Shown here: positions 9,902 to 19,910 of the stretch, one piece after another
Numbering within the stretch: the first letter of the stretch is position 1
Layout: the number at the start of each line of letters is the position of its first letter
Assembly: GCA_036262215.1 (NCBI GenBank)
Contig: DATAJH010000106.1
Location: forward strand, 3,207 to 67,206
DNA from: Steroidobacteraceae bacterium
GTDB lineage: Bacteria; Pseudomonadota; Gammaproteobacteria; Steroidobacterales; Steroidobacteraceae
Direction of reading: 5' to 3'
DNA length: 64,000 nucleotides
Translations under genes and position numbers: made by a program
Notes under the pieces: model-generated
Databases searched by the model: none
Seen by the model: only the letters and a program-made list of their open reading frames with translations
Told to the model about the DNA's origin: nothing

Positions 9902-11770
9902 ATGTCGATCAACTTCGAGCAGATTACCAAGCATTACAACGCTGCGCCGGTCGTCAACGACGTTTCATTGCAGATCGAGGCCGGCGAGTTCTTCGTGCTG
10001 CTGGGCCCCAGCGGCAGCGGCAAGAGTACCTTGCTGCGCATCGCGGCCGGGCTGACCGATGTCGATCACGGTCGCATCTCCTTTCATGGCCGCGACGTAA
10101 CCAACATCCGCGCCCGCGAGCGCGGCGTAGGCCTGGTATTCCAGCACTACGCGCTGTTTCGTCATATGACGGTCGGCCAGAATGTCGAATTCGCACTGCG
10201 GGTGCGCGGTGTGCGGCGTCGCGATCGAGCGCGCCGGCGCGACGAACTGCTGCAGCTGGTCGCGCTCGAAGGCTATGCCAGCCGCCTGCCGGGACAGCTG
10301 TCCGGCGGCCAGCAACAGCGCGTAGCGGTCGCCCGGGCGCTGGCGCACGAGCCGCAGGTGCTGCTGCTGGATGAGCCGTTCGGCGCGCTCGACGCCAAGA
10401 TCCGGGTGGAACTGCGCGAGACCATTCGACAGGTGCAGCGTCGCCTGGGCATGACCACGATCCTGGTCACGCACGACCAGGAAGAGGCATTCGCGCTGGC
10501 CGATCGCATCGGCATCATGAACAATGGCCGGCTGCTCGAGACCGGGCGCGCGGAGACGCTGTATCGCCGTCCGGCCACGCGCTTCGTCGCCACCTTCCTC
10601 GGCGCCGCTAACCTGTTTCTGGGCGAGCGCGGCTCGGAAGGCCTGCGCCTGGGCAACCGTTTCCTGGCCGTGGGCGACAGCCTGAAGGCGGCCGGCATGG
10701 GCAATGAAGTGGTCACGATCGTACGCCCCGAGGACGTCGAGGTCGCCGAGGATGAAGATCGGCTGCGCAGCAGCGCGTTGAGCCTCGGGCACGTGCTGTC
10801 GGTGGATTTCGGCGGTGTATTCGAACGCCTGCGGGTACAGCTGCCGCGCGAATCCGGGGTCATATCGGCGGTCGGCCGTGAGCATCCGGCACACGCGGCC
10901 GATGGCAGCCACACGGCGCCGCAGGTGGTGATCGATGTGACACGCACCAATGGCGAACAGGCGCAGCTACCGCTGACGCCGGGCAAACGCGTCGCACTCG
11001 CCATCCGCCGCTTCCACGTACTGCCGACACCGATCTCAAGCTTCCGCATTCTGACCAGCGACGCCTCGACCGCGGCAGCGCTGCGTCAGGCGCCGCTGCT
11101 GCGCCAGCTGGTCCAGAGCATGCAGGCCCCGGTGCTGGAGGCGCAGGACAAGGGCGAGCGCGATGGCACGCAAACCGGCGTGGCAGTAATTGCCGGCGGC
11201 GGCGAACATGCGATCGACGAAATCGTCGCCGCAGCCTCACAGGGAAGGCGACAGATGTTGTGCATCCCGCCGCACCTGGCGCTGCCGCGGCGCATGCTGA
11301 TTCAGTGCAACAGCGATGCTGCGCGCTCGGCCACCCTGGGCCTGGTCGCCAGCGTCATGCGCCATCTGCACGCCGAGGCAACCTTTGTCAGCGTACAGAG
11401 CCCGACCGCGCCTCGATCGGAAGTCACCAGCTCGTTCCGCCGTCTGCTCGACGCGCGTGCCGAGCTGCAGGAAACCCACGGCCTGGATATCCGCACCGAC
11501 GTGCAGATCGGCGACCTCAACGGCTGGGTGGCGCATCTGGCCGCGTCGTCCGAGCCGGTACTGGTGGTGCTCGGCCTCGACGGTTCACCGCACGAGCTCG
11601 AGCAGACACTGCGCAGCGATTTCCAGCCGCTGTTCAACGCCGGCGGCAGCTGTGCCGTGCTGCTGTCCTGCACCGGACAGCCACGGGTGGATGCCGAGAG
11701 CCGCTCCAGCGGCATCGACTCGCTGTTCGACAGCAAGGCGTTCGATTTACTGCAGGAATCGCCCAGTTGA
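9902..11770 (+). CDS. cysA: sulfate/thiosulfate ABC importer ATPase CysA fused to a ~250-aa USP-like C-terminal extension
   Basis: Walker [10 protein letters not shown], signature [15 protein letters not shown], Walker B LLLDEPF, then a TOBE-like segment. The last ~250 codons resemble tandem universal-stress-protein folds (e.g. ...[38 protein letters not shown]). ATG at 9902 (MSINFEQ) is preferred over the track start at 9884 because GGGAG lies just upstream. Confidence 0.85.
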   Translation: MSINFEQITKHYNAAPVVNDVSLQIEAGEFFVLLGPSGSGKSTLLRIAAGLTDVDHGRISFHGRDVTNIRARERGVGLVFQHYALFRHMTVGQNVEFALRVRGVRRRDRARRRDELLQLVALEGYASRLPGQLSGGQQQRVAVARALAHEPQVLLLDEPFGALDAKIRVELRETIRQVQRRLGMTTILVTHDQEEAFALADRIGIMNNGRLLETGRAETLYRRPATRFVATFLGAANLFLGERGSEGLRLGNRFLAVGDSLKAAGMGNEVVTIVRPEDVEVAEDEDRLRSSALSLGHVLSVDFGGVFERLRVQLPRESGVISAVGREHPAHAADGSHTAPQVVIDVTRTNGEQAQLPLTPGKRVALAIRRFHVLPTPISSFRILTSDASTAAALRQAPLLRQLVQSMQAPVLEAQDKGERDGTQTGVAVIAGGGEHAIDEIVAAASQGRRQMLCIPPHLALPRRMLIQCNSDAARSATLGLVASVMRHLHAEATFVSVQSPTAPRSEVTSSFRRLLDARAELQETHGLDIRTDVQIGDLNGWVAHLAASSEPVLVVLGLDGSPHELEQTLRSDFQPLFNAGGSCAVLLSCTGQPRVDAESRSSGIDSLFDSKAFDLLQESPS

Positions 11771-11772
11771 AT

Positions 11773-12819
11773 GTGTCCATCACACGCCGCGCGGCCGCGC
11801 CGCGCGCGGCCGCGGTGTGCGGTGCGCTCATCTGCGGCACGCTGCTGGTCGCCTGTTCCAAACCGGCAGGCGTCGGCAGCGCCGCGCCGGTCACGCTGCT
11901 GAATGTTTCATACGACCCGACGCGCGAGCTGTACGAGGCGGTGAACAAGGCATTTGCCGCCGAGTGGCTCGCGAGCGCCGGCGAACAGGTCACCATCCAC
12001 CAGAGCCACGGCGGTTCCGGCAAGCAGGCCCGCGCCATCATCGACGGGCTCGATGCCGACGTCGCCACGCTTGGCCTGGCCTACGACATCATCGAGCTGA
12101 ACAGGAAGGCGCAGCTGATCCCGGCCGACTGGGCTGCGCGCCTGCCGTACAACAGCGCGCCCTATACCTCGACCATCGTGTTCCTGGTGCGCAAGGGCAA
12201 TCCGAAGAACATCCGCGACTGGGACGATCTGATCCGCCCCGGCGTGCAGGTCATCACGCCCAACCCGAAGAGCTCGGGCGGGGCACGCTGGAATTATCTG
12301 GCCGCCTGGGCGTGGGCGCTCAAGCAGCCCGGCGGCGATGCCGCCCGCGCCGAGGATTTCGTCCGCAAGCTGTACCACAACGTGCCGGTGCTGGATTCCG
12401 GCGCGCGTGGCGCCACGGTGACGTTCGTGGACCGCGGCATCGGCGATGTGCTGCTCGCCTGGGAGAACGAGGCGATGCTGGCGAAGCAGCAGCTCGGCCC
12501 CGACAAGCTCGACATCGTGCTGCCGTCGGTGAGCATTCTGGCCGAACCGCCGGTTACCGTGGTGGATAAGGTCGTGGATCGGCGCGGCACGCGCAAAGTG
12601 GCCGAGGCCTACCTGAAGTTTCTCTACAGCAGCCAGGGCCAGGACATCATCGCGCGCAACTTCTACCGGCCGCGCGATCCGGACATCGCGCGCAAGTACG
12701 CCGGCCAGTTTCCAAGCCTCAAGCTGGTGACCATCGACGATACGTTCGGCGGCTGGGAGCAGGCCCAGGCCACGCATTTCGACGATGGCGGCACCTTCGA
12801 CCAGATCTACGCTCAGTAA
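11773..12819 (+). CDS. sbp: sulfate/thiosulfate-binding protein (lipoprotein form)
   Basis: The real gene is the 3' two-thirds of track ORF 11260..12819. It has lipobox LLVAC, then [22 protein letters not shown]...[22 protein letters not shown]...[16 protein letters not shown], the typical Sbp/CysP pattern. Start is GTG at 11773, or TTG at 11767 overlapping the cysA stop. Confidence 0.9.
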   Translation: MSITRRAAAPRAAAVCGALICGTLLVACSKPAGVGSAAPVTLLNVSYDPTRELYEAVNKAFAAEWLASAGEQVTIHQSHGGSGKQARAIIDGLDADVATLGLAYDIIELNRKAQLIPADWAARLPYNSAPYTSTIVFLVRKGNPKNIRDWDDLIRPGVQVITPNPKSSGGARWNYLAAWAWALKQPGGDAARAEDFVRKLYHNVPVLDSGARGATVTFVDRGIGDVLLAWENEAMLAKQQLGPDKLDIVLPSVSILAEPPVTVVDKVVDRRGTRKVAEAYLKFLYSSQGQDIIARNFYRPRDPDIARKYAGQFPSLKLVTIDDTFGGWEQAQATHFDDGGTFDQIYAQ

Positions 12820-12823
12820 CGCC

Positions 12824-13708
12824 ATGCACGGCGCCGCCCTCACCCTGCCACAGCCTACCGACGGCGCCGCCAGCCGCCGCTCCCGGCGCAGCTTTCGCGT
12901 GCTGCCGGGGTTTGGCCTGACGATGGGATGCACGCTGCTGTACGTGTCGCTGATCGTGCTGATTCCGCTGTCGGCCGCGTTTCTGCGCTCGGCGGAGCTC
13001 GGACCTGCGAGATTCTGGCATGTGGTGACCACACCGCGCGTGCTGGCATCGCTGCGCCTGAGCTTCGGCGCCGCGCTGCTGGCCGCGGCACTCAACGCCG
13101 TGTTCGGTTTCATCATCGCCTGGGCTTTGACGCGCCAGCGCTTTCCGGGGCGCCGACTGTTCGATGCCATCATCGATCTGCCGTTCGCGCTGCCGACGGC
13201 GGTCGCGGGCATCGCCCTGACGGCGCTGTATGCGCCCAACGGCTGGATCGGCCAGCTGCTGCTGCCGCTCGGTATCCGCGTCGCCTATACGCCGCTGGGC
13301 ATCGTCGTGGCGCTGGCCTTTGTCAGCCTGCCGTTCGTGGTGCGAACGCTGCAGCCGGTGCTGGGCGATCTGGATCGCGAAGTCGAACGCGCCGCAGAGA
13401 CCCTCGGTGCCTCGAGATTCCAGAGCTTCATCTGGGTGGTGCTGCCGTCGATCTGGCCGACGCTGCTGACCGGTGTGGCGCTCGGCTTTTCCCGCGCCGT
13501 GGGTGAATACGGCTCGGTGATTTTCATCGCCGGCAATATCCCCATGGTGTCGGAGATCGCACCGCTAATGATCATGACCAAGCTGGAGCAGTATCAGTAC
13601 GCCGAGGCCACCGCGATCGCCGTCGTCATGCTGCTGGCCTCGTTCGCGCTGATGTTCGGCATCAATGGCCTGCAGCTCTGGGCGCAGCGGCGGCGGCTGA
13701 CGCGATGA
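12824..13708 (+). CDS. cysT: sulfate ABC transporter permease CysT
   Basis: Six-TM permease with the EAA-type loop (...EVERAAETLGASRFQSFIWVVLP...). ATG at 12824 lies just after the sbp stop. Confidence 0.92.
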   Translation: MHGAALTLPQPTDGAASRRSRRSFRVLPGFGLTMGCTLLYVSLIVLIPLSAAFLRSAELGPARFWHVVTTPRVLASLRLSFGAALLAAALNAVFGFIIAWALTRQRFPGRRLFDAIIDLPFALPTAVAGIALTALYAPNGWIGQLLLPLGIRVAYTPLGIVVALAFVSLPFVVRTLQPVLGDLDREVERAAETLGASRFQSFIWVVLPSIWPTLLTGVALGFSRAVGEYGSVIFIAGNIPMVSEIAPLMIMTKLEQYQYAEATAIAVVMLLASFALMFGINGLQLWAQRRRLTR

Positions 13709-14550
13709 TCCGCCGACAGCAGATACCGGAGGAACTTGGCCGCTATGTGGTGCTGGCCGTGGCGCTGCTGTACCTGGTGGGGCTGGTGGCACTGCCGCTG
13801 GTGGTGGTGTTCGTCGAAGCCTTCGCCAAGGGCATCGGCAGCTATATCCAGGCGCTGCTCGATCCTTATGCGCTCGCGGCGATGCGCCTGACGTTGCTCA
13901 CGGCGGCAATCGTCGTGCCGCTGAACGTGGTGTTCGGTATCGCCGCCGCCTGGGCGATCGCCAAGTTCGAATTTCGCGGCAAGAACGTGCTCGTCACCGT
14001 CATCGACCTGCCGTTTGCCGTCTCGCCGGTGATCGCCGGCCTGATTTACGTGCTGATGTTCGGCGCTCAGGGCTGGTTCGGCCCGTGGCTCATGGCGCAC
14101 GGCATTCGCATCATATTCGCCGTGCCCGGCATCGTACTTGCCACGACATTCGTAACCCTGCCGTTCGTGGCGCGCGAGCTGATCCCACTGATGCAGACCC
14201 AGGGCAATGACGAGGAGGTGACGGCGCTGTCGCTCGGCGCCAGCGGCTGGCAGACCTTCCGCCTGGTTACCCTGCCCAATATCCGCTGGGGTCTGCTCTA
14301 CGGAGTACTGCTGTGCAATGCGCGCGCGATGGGAGAATTCGGCGCGGTCTCGGTGGTCTCGGGTCACATCCGCGGTCAGACCAACACCCTGCCGCTGCAT
14401 ATCGAGATCCTGCACAGCGATTATAACTACGTGGGTGCCTTCGCCTCGGCCTCGATCCTGGCGCTGCTGGCGCTGGTCACGCTCGTGGCCAAGACGCTGC
14501 TCGAGCGCCGTCACCCGGAGCTGCGCGCCGGGGTGGCCACTCACGCCTGA
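13705..14550 (+). CDS. cysW: sulfate ABC transporter permease CysW
   Basis: 281 aa, with a 4-nt overlap with cysT. ...NDEEVTALSLGASGWQTFRLVTLPNIRWGLLYG... and the C-terminal HIEILHSDYNY pattern are typical of CysW. Confidence 0.92.
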   Translation: MIRRQQIPEELGRYVVLAVALLYLVGLVALPLVVVFVEAFAKGIGSYIQALLDPYALAAMRLTLLTAAIVVPLNVVFGIAAAWAIAKFEFRGKNVLVTVIDLPFAVSPVIAGLIYVLMFGAQGWFGPWLMAHGIRIIFAVPGIVLATTFVTLPFVARELIPLMQTQGNDEEVTALSLGASGWQTFRLVTLPNIRWGLLYGVLLCNARAMGEFGAVSVVSGHIRGQTNTLPLHIEILHSDYNYVGAFASASILALLALVTLVAKTLLERRHPELRAGVATHA

Positions 14551-14720
14551 CTCCGGGCCTTTAGGATGCGCCATTGGCCGCCGCGCGCGCCGCTCTGGTC
14601 AGTGCGCGGCGCGAGGATTAGGCTTCCCTGCCCATCACAGACACTCATAGCGCCCTGAACACCGATAAATCAAATTCCCAGGCGCAAGTCGGGCTGGCCT
14701 CCTGGCTTGGCGGCGGCAGC

Positions 14721-16745
14721 GTGTTCATCGTGCTGCTGGCGGTCGCCGCCATCGCCATCACCTGCGCGATTCTGCTCAACCGGCTGGTGCAGCAGCAGGC
14801 GCTGGTGCGCGCCCAGCTGGCGGTCGCCAGCGCGCGTGAGCTGCTGCGACGCGCCGGCGAGGACGCGCTCAGCGACGCGCGCGTGCTGGCCGAGCGCCCG
14901 ACGCTGCAACGCCTGATCGACAACGAGCAAAATAGCGGCCTGGAGCCGTTCTTGCGCCGCTTCAGCGAGACCACGCAGACCGACGTGACGGCGCTGATGC
15001 GCGGCGATACCGCGCTGGCCCAGTCCGGCCCGGCGATGGACTGGCCGGAAATCGCCACCGCGCTGCAGGAACAAGGTGAGCGCTTTGTCATCGCCCCGAA
15101 GGACGGCGGCCCACTGATCTGGGGAGCAGCGGCAACGGTGCCTGGCACCGGCGTGCGGGCGGTCACGCTCAAGCTTACGGACGAGAAACTGCTGCAAAAA
15201 CTCGGGCTCCAGGTCGGGGCGCAGCTGCGCGCGGTGAACTTCGCCGGCTATCACGCCCCGCCGGACGACGATATGACGACGTTGCACACCCGCGCGCTGG
15301 CCAATCCCGGCGGCGCGGCCGCAGGCAGGCTTGCCGGCGGCAAGCAGTATGCCGCCACCATCGTGCTGGCGGCGCAGACCGGCGAGGTTGTGGGACTGCT
15401 CGATGCGCGCCTTAGCGGCGCCGAATTCGCGGCCGCGACTCACAGCTTCGACTGGATACTCGGCACCACGGCGATCATCGTCGCGGCCATCGCCGGCCTG
15501 CTCGGTGTGCTCTACGGGCGCTGGCTGGCGCGGCCGGTCGTGGCGCTGCGCGAGCTGGCCGAGCGCATCGGCCGCGGCGACTTCTCCGTGGCGCTGCCGG
15601 CGGTAGCGCCGCTGGAAGTCGGCGCCCTGGCGCGCTCGATGAACGAGATGCGGCGCAACCTGGTGGAAGTGACCGACACGCTGCGACGGCGGGAGGCCGA
15701 AGCACAGACCGTGCTCAACGGCGTGATCGAGGGCGTGTATGCGGTCGATCACGAGCGGCGCATTCGTTACGCCAATGCCCAGGTGGCACGACTGCTGGGG
15801 CTGCCGGCCGGGGAGATTGTCGGCCAGTTCTGCGGTGACGTATTGCAGCCGCAGCGGGTCAACGGCGAGCGCCCCTGCGAGAGGCACTGCCCGATCCTCG
15901 CCGCTCGCGCCACGCCCCAGAGCAGCGCGCGCGAGATCCTGTGCCTGCGCGATGGCAGCACCCGCTCGGCCATCGTACTGAGTGCGCCGCCGGTGCAGGG
16001 CATCCAGGTGCAGATCCTGCGCGACGAGACCGATCTGGAGGCCGCGCGCCGCGCCCGCGACAGCGTGCTTGGCAATATTTCGCACGAATTTCGCACGCCG
16101 CTCGCGGCCCTGCTGGCCTCGATCGAGCTGCTGCGCGACGGCCTGAATGACATGCGGCCCGAGGCTCAGCGCGAGCTGCTGGCCAACGTCGAACGCGGGG
16201 TACTGCGCCTGATGCGCTTGATCGATAATCTGCTCGAGAGCGTGCGCATCGAGGCCGGGCAGCTCTCCATCCGCCAGCAACCGGTCGACCTGTCGGAGGT
16301 GATCGCCGATGCGCGCGATCTGATCGCACCGCTGCTGCGGCAGCGCCAGTTGACGATCGAGCTGGACGATTCAGGGCTAGGCGGTATGGTGCGCGGCGAT
16401 GCGCAACGACTCGGACAGGTGTTCGTGAACCTGATCGCCAATGCCGCCAAGTTCGCCCCCGAGGGCAGCATCATCCGCATCGGCGGCTGCAGCCGCGGCG
16501 CGCAGACCGAAGTGTGGGTGGAAGATGAAGGTCCCGGCGTGCAGGAAGGCAGTAGCGGCGCGATCTTCGAGCGCTTCCAGCGCGGCGCCGGGACCGAACC
16601 GGATGCACCGGGACTGGGACTTGGGCTGTGGATCGTCAAGTCCATCATCGAGCGTCACGGCGGCAGCGTGCGCATGGAGCGCACGCACGAGCGCCGCACA
16701 CGCTTCATATTGACGCTGCCGCGGCAGCCGGAGAGTGATGCTTGA
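14721..16745 (+). CDS. sensor histidine kinase (2 TM + ~220-aa periplasmic domain, HAMP, Cys-rich PAS, HisKA, HATPase_c)
   Basis: GTG start. TM1 IVLLAVAAIAITCAILL, TM2 ILGTTAIIVAAIAGLLGVLYG, H-box ISHEFRTPL, N-box NLIANAAKF, G-boxes EDEGPGV / GLGLGLWIV. Confidence 0.9.
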   Translation: MFIVLLAVAAIAITCAILLNRLVQQQALVRAQLAVASARELLRRAGEDALSDARVLAERPTLQRLIDNEQNSGLEPFLRRFSETTQTDVTALMRGDTALAQSGPAMDWPEIATALQEQGERFVIAPKDGGPLIWGAAATVPGTGVRAVTLKLTDEKLLQKLGLQVGAQLRAVNFAGYHAPPDDDMTTLHTRALANPGGAAAGRLAGGKQYAATIVLAAQTGEVVGLLDARLSGAEFAAATHSFDWILGTTAIIVAAIAGLLGVLYGRWLARPVVALRELAERIGRGDFSVALPAVAPLEVGALARSMNEMRRNLVEVTDTLRRREAEAQTVLNGVIEGVYAVDHERRIRYANAQVARLLGLPAGEIVGQFCGDVLQPQRVNGERPCERHCPILAARATPQSSAREILCLRDGSTRSAIVLSAPPVQGIQVQILRDETDLEAARRARDSVLGNISHEFRTPLAALLASIELLRDGLNDMRPEAQRELLANVERGVLRLMRLIDNLLESVRIEAGQLSIRQQPVDLSEVIADARDLIAPLLRQRQLTIELDDSGLGGMVRGDAQRLGQVFVNLIANAAKFAPEGSIIRIGGCSRGAQTEVWVEDEGPGVQEGSSGAIFERFQRGAGTEPDAPGLGLGLWIVKSIIERHGGSVRMERTHERRTRFILTLPRQPESDA

Positions 16746-17428
16746 AACTGCTGGTAGTCGATGACGATGCCGATATGCTGGCGGTAGTGGGCTTCGCCTT
16801 GCGCCAGGCCGGCTTTCCCGTCGTGAGCGCCAACAGCTACGGCACCGCGCTCAGCACCTTTCGCACCGAGCTGCCGGACCTGGCGATACTCGATATCAAT
16901 CTGCCGGGCGGCTCGGGCTTCGATCTGTGCGGCGTGTTACGCAGGGAAAGCACCGCGCCGATCATGATGCTCACCGCACGCGGCGAGGAGGCTGATCTGG
17001 TGCGTGCGCTCGAGCTTGGCGCGGACGATTACCTGACCAAGCCGTTCAGCCCGCGCACGCTCGTGGCGCGCGTCAAGGCACTGCTGCGACGTACCGGTCA
17101 CGACAGCGGTGGTCAAACCCAGGCCGGCGAGCTGTCGCTCGATCCGGATCTTCTGACGCTGCGCATCGCCGATCGCGAGATCAAGGTGACGCCGCTCGAA
17201 TCGCGGCTGCTGCAGTTGCTGCTGGCCAATGCCGGACAGGTGGTGCACACCGACCGACTGCTGGTGCACGTCTGGGGTCATCGCGGTGGCGGCGATCGCC
17301 AGCTGCTCAAGCAGCTGATCCATCGGCTGCGACAGAAGATCGGCGATGATCCGGAACAGCCGCGCTGGCTCAGCACCATCCCCAGCGTCGGCTACAAGCT
17401 GCACCTGACGAAAAAAAATGTTCCCTGA
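16742..17428 (+). CDS. OmpR-family response regulator
   Basis: TTG start overlapping the kinase stop. KLLVVDDDADML...LAILDINLPGGSGFDLC receiver domain. C-terminal winged helix (...LTPLESRLLQLLLANAGQVVHTDRLL...HRLRQKIGDDPEQPRWLSTIPSVGYKL). Confidence 0.93.
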   Translation: MKLLVVDDDADMLAVVGFALRQAGFPVVSANSYGTALSTFRTELPDLAILDINLPGGSGFDLCGVLRRESTAPIMMLTARGEEADLVRALELGADDYLTKPFSPRTLVARVKALLRRTGHDSGGQTQAGELSLDPDLLTLRIADREIKVTPLESRLLQLLLANAGQVVHTDRLLVHVWGHRGGGDRQLLKQLIHRLRQKIGDDPEQPRWLSTIPSVGYKLHLTKKNVP

Positions 17429-17627
17429 GATCGACTGAGATTCGCCGTCGTCGCAGCGCCGGTTCGCGCTCGCAGCGGCACCAGAAAATTCTTGCAAACC
17501 ATGGTAATTGCCGTCACAGTCATCGCAATAACGACGACCGGAACGCAGGCGAAAGCCCCACGGGACCAGGGAGGGAGAGCGCGCCAGGGACGGCGAGTTT
17601 TCGATCCTCCCAAAGGGCAATGCGTGA

Positions 17628-17840
17628 ATGAAGATCTACGGCGCCGACAATAAAGAGATGATGAATATCACGTCGCTGGAGCGCGAGGGCACCGATCTCG
17701 TAGTGAAGGGCAAACTGTTCGGCGCGATGCCGTTGACCGCGAAATTGCGGCCGGAGGACGCGCGCGCTGCGCTCAGGCTGCTCGACTTTCGCACCGCATT
17801 ATTCCTGCTGACGCTGTTGTTCCGGCGCAGGCGCAGCTGA
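17628..17840 (+). CDS. small hypothetical protein (70 aa) with C-terminal hydrophobic tail
   Basis: ATG ORF in an otherwise empty intergenic gap, with non-shadow amino-acid composition (MKIYGADNKEMMNITSLEREGTDLVVKGKLFGAMPLTAKL...). No family assignable by eye. Confidence 0.4.
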   Translation: MKIYGADNKEMMNITSLEREGTDLVVKGKLFGAMPLTAKLRPEDARAALRLLDFRTALFLLTLLFRRRRS

Positions 17841-17896
17841 GCACGAGGCCCAGCCAGCATCAGCCATAGCGGCATCCCCGGGCTGCCGCCCCGGTT

Positions 17897-18361
17897 TCAT
17901 TCCTTCGCGCCTGTCTCAGGCAGCTTCTGCGCCACGTCCCAGTGCTCGACGATCTTGCCGTCCACCAGCCGGTAGATGTCGACCATTGCCACGCCGCGGG
18001 ACTCCCCGGGCTTCTGGTCCCAGAACACCTGGACGGCCACCAGATCACCCTGGGCTACCGTGCGCTCCACCACTTTACGCGATGCGGGGTACTCGCTCGT
18101 GAGCAGATGGATCAGGACTTTGATCGCCGCCTCTCGATCGTCCGGCAGCATGGCACTGTGCTGCCTGAATTCCGCGCCGACGTAACGATCGAAGCCGTCC
18201 CTGACCCGGTGCTTGTTGAACACCGTCTCCTCGAATGCCAGCACCGTATGGGTGTTGGTCCTGGTCACCTCGGCGTCGATCAAAAGCCCGGAGGTTGCGC
18301 AACCGGTCGTGATCGCCGCTGCACCGACCATGAACGCTGCCAGCACTGTGCGCGTGATCAT
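17897..18361 (-). CDS. SnoaL-like/NTF2-fold lipoprotein
   Basis: 154 aa. Lipobox ITTGC. ...NTHTVLAFEETVFNKHRVRDGFDRYVGAEFRQH...VDIYRLVDGKIVEHWDV is a typical SnoaL-like polyketide-cyclase-fold pattern. Confidence 0.75.
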   Translation of the reverse strand: MITRTVLAAFMVGAAAITTGCATSGLLIDAEVTRTNTHTVLAFEETVFNKHRVRDGFDRYVGAEFRQHSAMLPDDREAAIKVLIHLLTSEYPASRKVVERTVAQGDLVAVQVFWDQKPGESRGVAMVDIYRLVDGKIVEHWDVAQKLPETGAKE

Positions 18362-18385
18362 GGTGTGGAATCTCCGGGCATTTGA

Positions 18386-19357
18386 TTACGGAATCAGTAC
18401 GGTCGAGCCAATGGTGCGGCGACTCTCCAGATCGCGCTGCGCCTGCGCCGCCGCCGCGAGCGGGTAGCGCTGGCCAATATGCACGCGGATGGCCTTGCGC
18501 CTGATGAGACCGAACAGCTCGCGCGCGCCAGCCCGCGGGGCCTCGGGTGCGGCCAGGTAATCGGCGGCACGCGCGCGGGTGAAATACAGCGATCCGCGCC
18601 TGGCGAGCTCCAGCGGCGAGAACGGCGGCGCAGCGCCCGAAGCGTTGCCGAAGCTCACCATCATGCCGCGCGGCCGCAAACTGTCGAGCGATGCGAACAG
18701 CGTATCCTTCCCGACACCATCGTAAACCACGTCGACGCCACGCCCGCGGTTGAGCTTACGCACCCTGGCGGCCAACTGCTCGTAGCCCACGAGCACCTGG
18801 TTGCAACCACTGCGCCTGGCGAGCCTTGCTTTGTCGTCGGTGCTGGCCACCCCGATCACTTTTGCACCCAGCGTGCGCGCCCACTGACTGAGGATCAGGC
18901 CGACGCCGCCAGCTGCGGCCGGAATCAGCAGCACGTCGCCGCGCTTGACCTTGCAGGTCTGACGCAGCAGAAACCAGCTCGTCAGTCCCTTGACCAGAAC
19001 CGCCGCGGCCTGCTCATCGCTGACGCCGGCGGGAGTCTTCAGCAGTACGTCGGCCGGCAGTACCCGCTGCTCGGCGTAGGCGCCGGGCGTGCGGAAATTG
19101 TAGACCACGCGGTCGCCCGGCTTGATGCCGCGCACCTTGCGACCCACGGCCTCGACCACGCCGGCGGCTTCGGAGCCGATGCCGGAGGGCAGCGGGTGCG
19201 GGTACAACCCGGTGCGCAGATACACGTCCGCGAAGTTGACGCCGATTGCCGTGTGGCGCACCAGCGCTTCATCCGCGCCGGGTTGGCCTACTTCGACCTG
19301 CTCCCACTTGAGAACCTCGGGCCCGCCGCGCTCGCTCAGTCGTATCGCCCTGGCCAT
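18386..19357 (-). CDS. qor: NADPH:quinone oxidoreductase (zeta-crystallin/MDR family)
   Basis: MARAIRLSERGGPEVLKWEQVEVGQPGADEALVRHTAIGVNFADVYLRTGLYP... and AAAGGVGL nucleotide-binding motif. ATG at 19357 is preferred over the track start at 19372. Confidence 0.9.
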   Translation of the reverse strand: MARAIRLSERGGPEVLKWEQVEVGQPGADEALVRHTAIGVNFADVYLRTGLYPHPLPSGIGSEAAGVVEAVGRKVRGIKPGDRVVYNFRTPGAYAEQRVLPADVLLKTPAGVSDEQAAAVLVKGLTSWFLLRQTCKVKRGDVLLIPAAAGGVGLILSQWARTLGAKVIGVASTDDKARLARRSGCNQVLVGYEQLAARVRKLNRGRGVDVVYDGVGKDTLFASLDSLRPRGMMVSFGNASGAAPPFSPLELARRGSLYFTRARAADYLAAPEAPRAGARELFGLIRRKAIRVHIGQRYPLAAAAQAQRDLESRRTIGSTVLIP

Positions 19358-19457
19358 CGGTGATCTCCTCATTCACCAGGCGGTCGCGCCAGGCGGTGAG
19401 AACCGCAACTTTGCCCTGAAGGCGCCTGGATAGCATCGCCTCACGCCGCCTTGGTTA

Positions 19458-19910
19458 TTGCCGGCGCGCGCCGCCTTCACGATCGGCGCCGTGTGGCTGT
19501 CTGTGGTCGATCCGGAACAGCAGCGCGAGCTGCGCCTGACAGCGGGCAGACTATCATACCGGTGCCGCGCGCTTAAACACGAGGCAGTGGCACGGTGGGG
19601 CGTCCGGCCCGAGGCCGCGCGCCACATGAACGTCGACCCGTCGCTGATCCGCCATTATTTTCGCGATCGCTCAACGCTGCTACTGGCTGCGGTGGCGAGG
19701 CTGAGCGCCGAATTATCGCGCCTCGTCATCGGCAGCGACTTCGATGAGCAAATAATGCTCGAATCCGGCCCGAAATTTGCAAGCCTTACAGCAACTCGGG
19801 AGCGCAGGGCCGCGCGACAGCCGGGGCACGAGCCATTACCATTGAGGCCGGCTTCCGCGCGCACCCGAACTCGTGTCGGCACCGTCCTACAAATTGCTAC
19901 AACAGACTGA
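19458..19910 (+). pseudogene. possible degraded TetR-family regulator remnant, divergent from qor
   Basis: Only a short stretch looks TetR-like (...GVRPEAARHMNVDPSLIRHYFRDRSTLLLAAVARL..., compare the usual VGVSxxxLYxHFxSKExLxxAV). The rest has no recognisable ligand-binding domain and GC drops locally. Weak call. Confidence 0.25.

Noticed and set aside
11260-11772. 5' part of the 519-aa track ORF that would extend the sulfate-binding protein into cysA
   Set aside because: The extension is Arg/Pro-rich and overlaps the cysA C-terminus. The recognisable Sbp sequence begins with a lipoprotein signal peptide at GTG 11773.
11908-13239. 443-aa ORF antisense to sbp/cysT. The same applies to 21816..23027, 23512..24660, 29474..30766, 32108..33442, 35434..36549, 52273..53505 and 59346..60503.
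   Set aside because: All lie opposite or out of frame to strongly supported genes. They show the Arg/Ala/Gly/His-rich composition of GC-driven open frames.
14670-16280. 536-aa ORF antisense to the sensor kinase
   Set aside because: It is a shadow ORF with no recognisable domains and a composition bias. The plus-strand kinase has all H/N/G boxes.
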